Notes: generated by a model not told the origin, from the sequence alone. DNA of 64,000 bases from an uncultured Alphaproteobacteria bacterium (GCA_937920085.1 CALETE010000076.1:6927-70926), one strand, 5' to 3'; counted from the stretch's first letter, positions 32,474 to 42,104 are shown. A program made the numbers and translations.

Positions 32474-33601
32474 TTGAACAATAGAAGCCCCGATCGGTCA
32501 ATTCGCAATCTCGGTGCCCTTCAGAGGACCGCCTCTACGAGCCGCGTTCTGAATCTTACGGCAGTCGGCGCGACGCATCGCGACGACCCAACCCACAGAT
32601 CTGCACCCTTCTTCGTCAATCCTGTGCTCAACGAGAGCATTATCCTGAAACATCGCCTCCGCTCGGACGAGCGCTTCGTTTTCGACGACGAACGGCAGGT
32701 GGCAACAAAGATCATCATTCCCTTCGAAAGATCTGATCTTCGGATGGGCGGACGGTCCTTCTTTGTCGGACAAAGAGGCTGGACCCAGATGATTGATGAA
32801 ATCGCCGAAGAAAGCACCAAGAGCCATCGCGACGTTTCGTTGATGCTGGCCCTCGATGAGCTTCCGTCTCTCGATCCATTCCTCTTACGAGAACACCTCA
32901 ACCGCCGGGGCTTTCCGATCGCGCCAATCTATTTCGCGATATCCGAGGCCGATCTGGAAAGGATGCAGGAGTATGTGGGCCTGCAAATCCACCAGCTCAT
33001 TAGCCTAGCCTTTCCCGCCAATAGTGGTCTGGGAAATGCAGACAAAATGGTCCAAGCCCTTCTATCCACCCAGATAGACGAGCGATTGGAGCCCCTGCGT
33101 ATTGTCATGCGCTTGGAAGGCGAGGCCTATCGTGAGGGCGTCTTTTCCTGGAAAGGCTTTCTTTATTACAAATGGGTTCTCAGTGACCTTGCGCCGAAAT
33201 TAGCAACTGTAATCAAAGAGTTGCCCATGCTTCGAGCGACGGGCCACCGGGATCGTGAGTCTCTTCGGTATATCGAAGAAGCACGCGGTCGGCTTTTAGC
33301 CGCAGTCAATCAGCGGCGCCGTGAAGTTGCCGCAGCCCTCCAAGTTTACGACACTGCCTTTGACGACCTCACCACGAATGGTCGTCCCATGGCGTTTCGC
33401 GACTTTCTTCTCAAGGCCCCAGAAATGTTCATGATGCTTGGGGAACGTATGGGAGTGATTTCCCATATTTCCAGCTTCTGGCGATACCGTTTTCCAAATG
33501 AGAGAGCACTGAACGCACCCACAGGAGAAGTGGTCGATATTCTTCAGGACTTTGAGGCCAACCTCATCAGCTATGATAAAACCCAACGCGACGACGCCTA
33601 G
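32474..33601 (+). CDS. hypothetical protein, no domain recognised (orphan)
   Basis: 375-codon ORF with a TTG start. No TM segment, signal peptide or catalytic motif that I can recognise. The coding call rests only on ORF length and the absence of a competing plausible frame. Confidence 0.55.
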   Translation: MNNRSPDRSIRNLGALQRTASTSRVLNLTAVGATHRDDPTHRSAPFFVNPVLNESIILKHRLRSDERFVFDDERQVATKIIIPFERSDLRMGGRSFFVGQRGWTQMIDEIAEESTKSHRDVSLMLALDELPSLDPFLLREHLNRRGFPIAPIYFAISEADLERMQEYVGLQIHQLISLAFPANSGLGNADKMVQALLSTQIDERLEPLRIVMRLEGEAYREGVFSWKGFLYYKWVLSDLAPKLATVIKELPMLRATGHRDRESLRYIEEARGRLLAAVNQRRREVAAALQVYDTAFDDLTTNGRPMAFRDFLLKAPEMFMMLGERMGVISHISSFWRYRFPNERALNAPTGEVVDILQDFEANLISYDKTQRDDA

Positions 33602-33643
33602 GCTAGGGCGACGCCACCTCATCATCTTGGCTAGGAAGATTGT

Positions 33644-34306
33644 CTAGGGCGTCTCTGTCCTGAGTTGTTCGACAAAATCACCAATCCACGTATTGCGCCC
33701 AGGCTTCATCCGCTCTGCCCGATAAATGTGGCTGAGGTCTGCATATGCCTTGTCGAAATTCTTATTGACGATGACATAGTCATAGCTGGTCCAGTGGGTA
33801 ATCTCTTCCCGACCACGCACTAGCCGTCGTTGGATGACGTCTTCATGGTCTTGGGCGCGGGCGTGTAGGCGGCGAGATAGGTCTGACCAGGAAGGCGGCA
33901 ACACGAAGACCCCAACAGAGTCCTCAGGCATGGCGGCAGTAATTGACCGGGCACCCTGCCAATCAATGTCAAACAAGACGTCATGGCCCATTTCTAAGGC
34001 CTCAGTCACCGGCTTACGAAGTGTTCCATAGCGATGATCATGAACCTTGGCCCATTCCAGCATCTGGTCTTCGGCAACGAGGCGATCAAATTCCGCATCG
34101 GAAACGAAATGATATTCTCGCCCATCTTCTTCGCCTGGGCGGGGCGACCGCGTGGTGGCAGAGATCGAAAGGGTCAGATCTGAATAGTCGGCGACGAGCC
34201 GCCGAGACAGCGAGGTCTTCCCGGCACCCGAAGGACTCGACATGAGCAGCAGTAGACCGCGCCTTTGTGTCTCCCAAGGCTTGTGATGCTCATCAGCTTG
34301 GCTCAT
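33644..34306 (-). CDS. gmk: guanylate kinase
   Basis: P-loop SSPSGAGKTSL, and TTRSPRPGEEDGREYHF. Confidence 0.95.
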   Translation of the reverse strand: MSQADEHHKPWETQRRGLLLLMSSPSGAGKTSLSRRLVADYSDLTLSISATTRSPRPGEEDGREYHFVSDAEFDRLVAEDQMLEWAKVHDHRYGTLRKPVTEALEMGHDVLFDIDWQGARSITAAMPEDSVGVFVLPPSWSDLSRRLHARAQDHEDVIQRRLVRGREEITHWTSYDYVIVNKNFDKAYADLSHIYRAERMKPGRNTWIGDFVEQLRTETP

Positions 34307-34309
34307 CGG

Positions 34310-35194
34310 CTATTCCACATTTTGGACCTGTTCGCGAAACTGCTCGATCGTGGCCTTCAGTTCCAGGCCCAGAGTCGTGAGTTCCGGTAGGGCAGACTTG
34401 GCGCAAAGCGTGTTGGCCTCGCGCATAAATTCCTGGGTCAGAAAGTCTAGCCTGCGTCCAGCCGGCCCAGACGCCGCAATCTGTGATCTTGCGGCCTGCA
34501 CGTGCCCCACCAATCGGTCGAGCTCTTCACGGACATCAGCCTTTACAGCCATTGCAGCCGCTTCGACGACAATGCGTTCAGCAACACCAGGGCCAGAGCC
34601 AGCCAACTCGGTCATTCGATTCGCAAACCTAGCCTGAATAACCTTGGGCTGATCCTTAGCCTTAGCGTCGGCCAGGGTAACAAGGTCAGCTATGGTTGTT
34701 AGCTGTCCAAGAAGGACGGTTTCCAGGCCCGCCCCCTCTTCCAGACGGGTTTCGAGCAACCCATCAAGCGCGCTATGAATTGACCCTGTGATAAGCGCAT
34801 CTAAGGCAGTTAAAGCCTCCGGCGCCTCCACCTCAGCCTCGGTATCGAGGACCCCACGCAAACCTAGCAAGCCATCCAGTGTGGGTTTGGCAACATCGCC
34901 CCGGGAAATCCAGGTCTGCCCAGCCTGCAAATAGGCCTCAGCCTGTGCCAAATTTACTTGGATGGCACTGCGCGCCAAGGACCGCTTGGCTGTGACACCA
35001 ACCGTAATTTGTCCACGCTGGAACCGGCCTTGAACGGCATCTCTGGCCCTTCGCTCGAGCCCGTCAAGGCCTGGCGGGCCTCGAAAACGAAGATCAAGAT
35101 TACGCCCGTTCACCGATCGCGCTTCTACAGACCAGGCCCATTCGCCGTTCGATCCATCAGATCGACCGAAGCCCGTCATGCCAGAAAGGCTCAT
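34310..35194 (-). CDS. yicC: YicC-family stress-induced protein
   Basis: MSLSGMTGFGR N-terminus and C-terminal EFMREANTLCAKS ... LKATIEQFREQVQNVE. I chose the ATG at 35194, which forms an ATGA overlap with the mltG stop. Confidence 0.85.
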   Translation of the reverse strand: MSLSGMTGFGRSDGSNGEWAWSVEARSVNGRNLDLRFRGPPGLDGLERRARDAVQGRFQRGQITVGVTAKRSLARSAIQVNLAQAEAYLQAGQTWISRGDVAKPTLDGLLGLRGVLDTEAEVEAPEALTALDALITGSIHSALDGLLETRLEEGAGLETVLLGQLTTIADLVTLADAKAKDQPKVIQARFANRMTELAGSGPGVAERIVVEAAAMAVKADVREELDRLVGHVQAARSQIAASGPAGRRLDFLTQEFMREANTLCAKSALPELTTLGLELKATIEQFREQVQNVE

Positions 35195-36267
35195 GATTTT
35201 TCGCCTGGCTTTACAGCTGACGCCCGGGCCTTCTCGACTCGCCGCCACTTGCTGACATTTCGTATATGTTCCTCAAGGGTGGACGCAAAAGCATGCCCCC
35301 CCGTGCCATCGGCCACAAAATACAATTCGCTGGTCCTGGGTGGGTCTAAAACCGCCGCAAGCGCCTCTCGCCCAGGATTGGCAATAGGCGTCGGTGGAAG
35401 GCCATTGATCTGGTAGGTATTGAACGCAGAAGGCGCAGCCAGCTCTGAGGCCAAAAGCCCACGCCCTAAAGGACGACCTTGGCTGATGCCATAAATCACC
35501 GTTGGATCACTTTGCAGGCGCATACCCAGACGCAACCGGTTCAAGAAGACAGCTGCGACCCGCGGGCGTTCACTCGCCTTGCCGGTCTCCTTCTCTACGA
35601 TCGAGGCAAGGGTGATGGCTTCGTTCATGGATTGAAACGGTAGACCACTCTGTCGGTTCTGCCACAGCAGGGCCATCAGCCGATCCTGGGCATCCATCAT
35701 CCGCTTAAGGACCCTTGCCCGATCCTCACCTCGGCTGAACTCATAGGTCTCAGGAAGAATGCTACCCTCAGCTGGCGTCGGCGCAACGCCGGACAATAGG
35801 GGCTCTGTCGCAAGTTTTTCTACGACTGCCTCTGAGGTCAGCCCCTCTGGGATTGTCACCTGTCGCCGAACGATCTTGCCTGAGCGGATATCAGAAAGAA
35901 TACCGCTGACCGATTCCCGACTTTTTATGGCGTATTCACCTGCCTTGAGCTCACGCGCTGCGCCGGTGACCTGAGCGGCGGTTATAAAAACGGCCTGTGA
36001 GCCAATGACCCCAGCGCGACGCAAGGCCGATGCAATTTCGGGAAGACTTGCCCCGTGACGTAGGTCAACGAGGGTCTCGTTCCCCTCTTTCGCAGCAGGC
36101 CCAGGGCCGACGTATGTCCAGAGCGCACCCAAAAAGACCAAGACCAGAATGAGGCCAAAAGCGGCACCTCCGCTCATCAAGCCAACGAGAAGGCTCTTGG
36201 CGGGGGTAACCCGACGCGGCCTCGATTTGGCCTTAGACCTCGTTTTTGGATTAGATTTTCCCGTCAC
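35191..36267 (-). CDS. mltG: endolytic murein transglycosylase MltG (YceG family)
   Basis: N-terminal TM anchor, and YceG motifs ASIVEKET, PTVIYG, SAFNTYQINGLPPTPIANPG. Confidence 0.9.
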   Translation of the reverse strand: MTGKSNPKTRSKAKSRPRRVTPAKSLLVGLMSGGAAFGLILVLVFLGALWTYVGPGPAAKEGNETLVDLRHGASLPEIASALRRAGVIGSQAVFITAAQVTGAARELKAGEYAIKSRESVSGILSDIRSGKIVRRQVTIPEGLTSEAVVEKLATEPLLSGVAPTPAEGSILPETYEFSRGEDRARVLKRMMDAQDRLMALLWQNRQSGLPFQSMNEAITLASIVEKETGKASERPRVAAVFLNRLRLGMRLQSDPTVIYGISQGRPLGRGLLASELAAPSAFNTYQINGLPPTPIANPGREALAAVLDPPRTSELYFVADGTGGHAFASTLEEHIRNVSKWRRVEKARASAVKPGEKS

Positions 36268-37547
36268 GAGACCTTCTTAAAGACCACAGAGGCATTGGTT
36301 CCGCCAAAGCCGAAGCTATTGGAGAGGGCGATATTGATGGCCATGGGCTTGGGCGTGTTGGGAACAAGGTCGATGACCGTTTCAACGGACGGGTTTTCCA
36401 AATTGATGGTCGGCGGCGCGATTTGATCGCGGATCGCAAGGCATGTGAAGGCTGCTTCGATTGCACCCGCGGCACCGAGCAAATGCCCCGTCGCTGATTT
36501 CGTCGAGCTCATGGTGGCCTTGCTCGCGGCATTGCCCAGCAATCTGGTTACGGCACCCAGTTCGATCTCGTCCCCAAGCGGTGTCGAGGTACCGTGGGCA
36601 TTGATATAATCGACGTCCGAGGCGTCAACACCGGCATCCTTAAGCGCCGCACGCATAGCGCGGAACCCCCCGTCGCCATCCTCCGCAGGCGCTGTGATGT
36701 GATAGGCGTCACCTGCCATGCCGTATCCGGCCACTTCGGCGTAAATCTTCGCGCCACGGGCCTTTGCGTGCTCATATTCCTCGAGCACCAAGACGCCTGC
36801 GCCCTCCCCCATGACGAAACCATCACGGTCCTTGTCATAGGGTCGACTGGCCCGTTCAGGCGCATCATTGAAGCCTGTCGACATGGCGCGGCAGGCAATA
36901 AATCCAGCAATGCCGACCGGGCAAATCGCAGCTTCTGCTCCACCTGCAATCATGACGTCAGCATCACCGTATTTGATCATGCGAGCAGCATCGCCAACGG
37001 CGTGTGCCCCCGTGGCGCAGGCGGTGACCACAGAATGGTTCGGCCCCTTAAATCCATATTTTATCGATACCTGACCCGAGGCCAGATTGATCAGGGCTGA
37101 TGGGATGAAAAAGGGGCTGATCCTGCGGGGACCTTTTTCGTGCAGTTCGACGCTATTGATCTCGATCGTTCCGAGGCCGCCGATGCCAGAGCCAATAATG
37201 ACCCCCGTGCGTTCTGCATCCTCAGCCGTGGCAGGAACCCAGCCTGAGTCGCGTACCGCCTCGTCGGCTGCAGCGACAGCATACAGGATGAAATCATCCA
37301 CGCGCCTTTGATCCTTGGGCGCCATGGTCTTATCCGGGTCGAAAGAGCCCTCAATATCCGGGCCGCCGCCGCCCCGCCCATCGACCCTTGGAACCTCGCA
37401 GGCCACCTGACAGGCGTAAACCTCAGGATCAAAACGGGTGATTCTTCCCGCGCCGGACTTTCCAGCGAGGATAGCTTTCCAGCTGAGTTCGGTTCCTTGG
37501 CCCAGGGGGGTCAAAAGGCCGATCCCGGTAACGACGACACGACGCAT
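36264..37547 (-). CDS. fabF: beta-ketoacyl-ACP synthase II
   Basis: MRRVVVTGIG, active-site VVTACATGAH, HGTSTPLGD, GHLLGAAG. I chose the ATG at 37547. Confidence 0.95.
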   Translation of the reverse strand: MRRVVVTGIGLLTPLGQGTELSWKAILAGKSGAGRITRFDPEVYACQVACEVPRVDGRGGGGPDIEGSFDPDKTMAPKDQRRVDDFILYAVAAADEAVRDSGWVPATAEDAERTGVIIGSGIGGLGTIEINSVELHEKGPRRISPFFIPSALINLASGQVSIKYGFKGPNHSVVTACATGAHAVGDAARMIKYGDADVMIAGGAEAAICPVGIAGFIACRAMSTGFNDAPERASRPYDKDRDGFVMGEGAGVLVLEEYEHAKARGAKIYAEVAGYGMAGDAYHITAPAEDGDGGFRAMRAALKDAGVDASDVDYINAHGTSTPLGDEIELGAVTRLLGNAASKATMSSTKSATGHLLGAAGAIEAAFTCLAIRDQIAPPTINLENPSVETVIDLVPNTPKPMAINIALSNSFGFGGTNASVVFKKVS

Positions 37548-37622
37548 GGCGGGCTCCAATACGCGAACCGCCGCGCCTCTGGGAAGGGACGCGGCGGTCA
37601 ACTTTGCAAAAATGCCTAGGCT

Positions 37623-37862
37623 TTATGCGCCCAGACGTTCTCCGATGAACTTCACCGCGTCGCCCACCGTTTGGATGTGCTCAGCGGCGTCGTCCGGAAT
37701 TTCGATGTCGAATTCTTCTTCGAAGGCCATGACCAACTCGACGTTGTCGAGGCTGTCAGCGCCAAGATCATCGATAAAGCTGGCCTTTTCGGTGACCTTA
37801 TCTGGATCTGCGTCAAGGTGTTCGATGACGATCTTGCGCACGCGCTCAAGGATGTCGGACAT
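37623..37862 (-). CDS. acpP: acyl carrier protein
   Basis: [12 protein letters not shown] ... DLGADSLD. I chose the ATG at 37862 (79 aa). Confidence 0.97.
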   Translation of the reverse strand: MSDILERVRKIVIEHLDADPDKVTEKASFIDDLGADSLDNVELVMAFEEEFDIEIPDDAAEHIQTVGDAVKFIGERLGA

Positions 37863-38003
37863 GAGTAAAGGTCCCTGTTGTTCAACTGATCCATCTGCGA
37901 CCGCCGACGAGATGTCAACCGCTCGCAAGACTTGTGGTTAGAGACCGCAGCCTCTGGGGTTCGAAAGTGGCCGTAGCATGTTCCCCCACCAGAGGCCAAC
38001 AGG

Positions 38004-38741
38004 TCAAATCATTGCCATGCCGCCATTCACATGAAGAGTTTGGCCCGTCATGTAAGCTGCCTCATCACTGGCGAGGTAGGCGCAGGCTGCTGCAACCTCT
38101 GCACCCGTGCCCAGGCGCGCCGCCGGGATGGTCGAAAGGATCTGTCCCCTCTGCGATTCGTTGAGGGCGTCGGTCATTGGACTTTCAATAAAACCCGGAG
38201 CCACGCAGTTCACCGTGATGCCGCGAGTCGCCACTTCTTGAGCCAAGCTCTTGGAAAAGCCGATCATTCCGGCCTTGGATGCCGCGTAGTTTGTCTGACC
38301 GGGGTTTCCCATAACTCCGACAACGGAGGTGATCCCGATAATGCGACCGAACCGCCGCTTCATCATGCCCCGCATGGCCGCCCTGGTGAGTCGGAAGTAG
38401 CTTTCGAGGTTGACCTTGAGGACCGTATCCCAGTCCTCGTCCTTCATCCGCATCAGCAGGCCATCTTTTGTGATCCCCGCATTGGCGACCAAGATATCCA
38501 GCTGTCCGGTTGCCACCTCAGCGCGAGCGATGAGGCCGTCCACTGATTCGGCATCTGAAAGATTTGCGGCTGCGATAGAGGTTCGCTCTCCGAGCTGCGC
38601 CGCAAGGTCAGCCAAGATACCCTCACGGGTCCCAGACAAGACCACGTGAGCCCCTTGGCTATGAAGGGTCTTGGCAATCTCTGCGCCGATACCGCCCGTT
38701 GCACCTGTCACCAGGGCCGTTTTACCCGCTAAACTGAACAT
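38004..38741 (-). CDS. fabG: 3-oxoacyl-ACP reductase
   Basis: TGATGGIG, NAG, YAASKAG. Sits in the fab operon. I chose the ATG at 38741. Confidence 0.95.
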   Translation of the reverse strand: MFSLAGKTALVTGATGGIGAEIAKTLHSQGAHVVLSGTREGILADLAAQLGERTSIAAANLSDAESVDGLIARAEVATGQLDILVANAGITKDGLLMRMKDEDWDTVLKVNLESYFRLTRAAMRGMMKRRFGRIIGITSVVGVMGNPGQTNYAASKAGMIGFSKSLAQEVATRGITVNCVAPGFIESPMTDALNESQRGQILSTIPAARLGTGAEVAAACAYLASDEAAYMTGQTLHVNGGMAMI

Positions 38742-38748
38742 CTGATCC

Positions 38749-39693
38749 TCACAGGCTCTTGGCGAAGGCTTCAAGGTCCGCCGGTGAATTTAAGGGGGTG
38801 GCTTCCGCGTCTGGGGCGATGCGTTTGGCCATGCCAGTTAGCACCTTCCCCGCCCCGGCTTCGGCAAAACGCGTGACCCCACCCTCACCAGCTAACCAAA
38901 TCATGGTTTCGCGCCAGCGAACCCGTCCCGTGACCTGCTCGACAAGCATCTTCCGAATGGCCTCGGGATCAAGGGTTGGCCTTGCGGTAATATTGGCGAC
39001 CAAGGGTGCCCGCGGCGCAAGAAGGGTTGCCGTGGCCAAAGCTGCAGCCATTTCGTCCGCGGCCGGTTGCATAAGCGGGCAGTGGAAGGGCGCAGAGACA
39101 TTCAGGGGAATCGCCCGAGCCCCGAGCTCCTTAGCTTTTTCGATCGCCAGATCTACGGCCGCCTTGGCTCCCGAAATCACGACATTCCCAGCATTATTGT
39201 CATTGGCGACCACGCAAACGCCCACAACCGAACCAGCCTCAGCAGCCGCCTCAGCCAAAGCAACATCGGATTTTGGTCCAATGAGCGAGGCCATCGCGCC
39301 TTCACCCACTGGCACGGCCCGCTGCATAGCTTGACCGCGCAGCTTCAAAAGCCGGGCCGTATCGCCCAGGGACAATGCGCCAGCCGCTGCCAGAGCCGAG
39401 TACTCCCCAAGGGAATGTCCGGCCACAAATCCGGCACGCTCAATCGCAACGCCGAACTCTTTCTCGAGGGTTCGCATAACCGCGAGGCTAACTGCCATCA
39501 GCGCTGGTTGCGCATTCTCCGTCAGGGTGAGCTGCTCCTCCGGGCCATCCTTCATCAAGGCGAATAGCTTCTGGCCGAGGGCATCATCCACCTCCTGGAA
39601 GACCTCCCTTGCGGCACCGAAAGCTTCGGCCAGGTCAACACCCATGCCAACGGCTTGGCTGCCTTGACCCGGAAACAGAAAGGCGAGGCTCAT
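38749..39693 (-). CDS. fabD: malonyl-CoA:ACP transacylase
   Basis: FPGQGSQ and the GHSLGEY nucleophile elbow. Confidence 0.95.
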   Translation of the reverse strand: MSLAFLFPGQGSQAVGMGVDLAEAFGAAREVFQEVDDALGQKLFALMKDGPEEQLTLTENAQPALMAVSLAVMRTLEKEFGVAIERAGFVAGHSLGEYSALAAAGALSLGDTARLLKLRGQAMQRAVPVGEGAMASLIGPKSDVALAEAAAEAGSVVGVCVVANDNNAGNVVISGAKAAVDLAIEKAKELGARAIPLNVSAPFHCPLMQPAADEMAAALATATLLAPRAPLVANITARPTLDPEAIRKMLVEQVTGRVRWRETMIWLAGEGGVTRFAEAGAGKVLTGMAKRIAPDAEATPLNSPADLEAFAKSL

Positions 39694-39829
39694 GATCTAC
39701 TCCCTATGGACGCCAAACTGGCGCGGCGATCTTGCCGATGGGTTAGGTGATTAGCCCGGCTCCGGCAACTCTCTGGTCAATTCCAGTTTAGCGTTTCACT
39801 ATACGCAAAACCAAGTTTGGGAGGTTTCC

Positions 39830-40906
39830 ATGCGCGCTGTCGTTCGGCGAAACAAGCAGCTGCTCTGCACAGATATTGCTGAGCTCACCCCAGCCACAGG
39901 TCAGGTTCTCGTTCGGACCTTGGCCTGCGGTATATGCGGATCCGATCTTCACGCCCTCCACCACATGGAACACATGATGGAAACATCGGCCCGTGCCGGG
40001 GGTGGAATGGGCACAGGCTTTGATCCCACCAAGCATACGGTGTTCGGGCACGAATTCTGCGCTGAAATCCTGGAGCATGGGCCTGGAACCCTTCGGTCAC
40101 TGAAAGCAGGCACCCGGGTTGTGAGCTTACCCGTGACCCTGACCGATACCGGTGTTGAAGCCTTAGGGTATTCTAACCGCCTGCCGGGGGGCTTTGCCGA
40201 ACGGATGATTCTATCTGAAGCGCTTTTGCTCGAAGTCCCCAATGGACTGCCGACCGATAAGGCTGCGCTGACTGAACCATTTGCCGTAGGCGCTCATGCG
40301 GTTGCTAAGGCGCGATTGGATCGAGACTCAGTGGCGTTGGTCATTGGTTGCGGACCCGTGGGACTTGCGGTCATTGCCGGCCTAAAGGCGAAAGGTCATG
40401 GCCCGGTTATCGCCGCCGACTACTCCCCAAGGCGGCGCAAGGCCGCTGAGCTCCTAGGAGCGGATGTCGTAATCGATCCGGCCCAAGAGAGCCCGCATAG
40501 CCGATGGGAAGCCTTTGGAGTTCCTACTGCGCGATCCGCCCAAAACGCAGCCCGTATGATGGGTAAGACATTTGGCCATCCGGTTGTTTTTGAATGTGTC
40601 GGATCCCCCGGCATTCTTCAGCACCTGATCGAAGCTGCGCCAGCTGGAAGCCAGATTGTTGTGGCCGGCGTCTGTATGGAAACCGATAAGATCGAACCCG
40701 CCATCGCGATCACCAAAGAAATCGAATTGACGTTTGTCTTTGGGTATACCCCGGAAGAATTTTCAGGGACCCTTCGTCAAATCGCAGAGGGCATAATCGA
40801 TGTCAGCGGCGTTGTGACAGGCAAGGTTGCGCTCGAAGGCGTTGCGGATGCCTTTGTGACCCTCGGTGACCCAGAGGCCCATGTTAAAATACTCGTCGAG
40901 CCCTAG
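39830..40906 (+). CDS. zinc-binding medium-chain dehydrogenase/reductase (alcohol / threonine dehydrogenase-like)
   Basis: CGICGSDLH, GHEF, GCGPVGL Rossmann motif. Confidence 0.85.
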   Translation: MRAVVRRNKQLLCTDIAELTPATGQVLVRTLACGICGSDLHALHHMEHMMETSARAGGGMGTGFDPTKHTVFGHEFCAEILEHGPGTLRSLKAGTRVVSLPVTLTDTGVEALGYSNRLPGGFAERMILSEALLLEVPNGLPTDKAALTEPFAVGAHAVAKARLDRDSVALVIGCGPVGLAVIAGLKAKGHGPVIAADYSPRRRKAAELLGADVVIDPAQESPHSRWEAFGVPTARSAQNAARMMGKTFGHPVVFECVGSPGILQHLIEAAPAGSQIVVAGVCMETDKIEPAIAITKEIELTFVFGYTPEEFSGTLRQIAEGIIDVSGVVTGKVALEGVADAFVTLGDPEAHVKILVEP

Positions 40907-40952
40907 TGCCGCATGGGCAGGGAGCGTCGGTCAAGGACAAAGTTGAGCAACT

Positions 40953-40990
40953 AAAAAGCCGTCTAGACGAGATAGCCAGGACGGCTTTTT
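40953..40990. terminator. bidirectional hairpin terminator between the MDR dehydrogenase gene and the small-protein operon
   Basis: AAAAAGCCGTC - 16-nt loop - GACGGCTTTTT. An A-tract on one side and a T-tract on the other sit between convergent genes. Confidence 0.6.
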
Positions 40991-41010
40991 AAGCTGGTTA
41001 CAGGCTTTGC

Positions 41011-41220
41011 TTAGCCGACAAAGCCAAGCTCACCGTGGACATCAACCCGGCACGGCGATCCCGCATCTTGGGTTGCCCTGGCCAATTTATTAGCGGCGGC
41101 CTTAGCCTCGTCCTTGGTACCAAAAGTATCCACAGGGCCATCTTCGAGTTGGACAGTCCACGCCCCATTCACGGGCGCGACCTTGACCAGTTTTCTGGCA
41201 AGACTTGGACGCATGCCCAT
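41011..41220 (-). CDS. small DUF2188-like protein (69 aa)
   Basis: The pattern NGAWTVQLEDG...FGTKDEAKAAANKLA...V.VHGE resembles DUF2188. I chose the ATG at 41220 because GGAGG lies 7 nt upstream. The track's GTG start at 41268 is less likely. Confidence 0.55.
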   Translation of the reverse strand: MGMRPSLARKLVKVAPVNGAWTVQLEDGPVDTFGTKDEAKAAANKLARATQDAGSPCRVDVHGELGFVG

Positions 41221-41254
41221 CAGACGGCCTCCCCAAAATTCAAGCCGAAAACGG

Positions 41255-41512
41255 TCATGGGGCCACACGCTCGAGCGAACTGGTCTCGCCCTTTAGGACT
41301 TTCACGCCAAGGAAATGCATTTCGCCATTGCGAAAATCGATGTCAGCGACCGCTACGCCTGGATGACGCTTCAGGGCTGAATCATCGCGGGGTGTCAGAT
41401 GAAGGATGAGGGTGCTCATATCCACCCCCTCGGCCAAGGCCTCCTCGATTTCAGTTCGGAGACTCATAATCGACTGGCCAGAAGAAACTGGACTTGCGGA
41501 TTTCGGGCGCAT
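41255..41512 (-). CDS. small hypothetical protein (85 aa), first gene of a two-gene small operon
   Basis: The ATG at 41512 is preceded by AAGGA 5 nt upstream. No domain recognised. Lies 34 nt upstream of the DUF2188-like gene. Confidence 0.45.
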   Translation of the reverse strand: MRPKSASPVSSGQSIMSLRTEIEEALAEGVDMSTLILHLTPRDDSALKRHPGVAVADIDFRNGEMHFLGVKVLKGETSSLERVAP

Positions 41513-41599
41513 TCGGATCCTTTGCGGGCCAACAACAGACGTTTCGGCGAGATATCCGAGGTTACGGAGCGCTGTTCGCTGCCGTGTCTGAGAGCCAGC

Positions 41600-41765
41600 C
41601 TAAATCTCACTATGCGCGAAATAAGAAAAAATTCACACTTCAATCTTGGACAATTCATCAATTTACATGCCCAACCTAAATACAATTTTGGATTACATTT
41701 TGTCTGATCCAAAAATATTTACCTATGCGCCTAGTTTTTTTGCGGATTTGTATTTACGATAGAGA
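41600..41765. promoter_or_regulatory. AT-rich divergent promoter / leader region between the small-protein operon and cspA
   Basis: I counted 30 % G+C over 41601-41700, against mid-50s % elsewhere. It lies between two divergently oriented starts (41512 and 41895). Confidence 0.4.
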
Positions 41766-41894
41766 CATCGATCTCTGCTGCGCAACGCTCCTTTAAGCCC
41801 ACTCGCTCGCGCGGGATGTTTGAAAGCCGACCTTTTCAGATTCGATCTCCGCCGGGCTCTTCCGGCGGATTCGCACCCACTACGGAGGCTGAAA

Positions 41895-42104
41895 ATGGCT
41901 ACCGGTACTGTCAAATGGTTCAACACCACCAAGGGCTTCGGCTTCATTCAACCCACTGACGGCGGCAAGGACGTGTTCGTACACATCTCGGCCGTTGAAC
42001 GTTCGGACCTGAATGGCCTTCATGAAGGTCAAACCGTTTCCTACGAGCTTGAGCGCGACCAGCGTTCGGGCAAGGAAAGCGCTGTCCAACTGAAGAACGC
42101 CTAA
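41895..42104 (+). CDS. cspA: cold-shock protein (CspA family)
   Basis: [20 protein letters not shown] with RNP1/RNP2 motifs. GGAGG lies 7 nt upstream of the ATG at 41895. The track ORF's upstream extension is not Csp-like. Confidence 0.95.
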   Translation: MATGTVKWFNTTKGFGFIQPTDGGKDVFVHISAVERSDLNGLHEGQTVSYELERDQRSGKESAVQLKNA

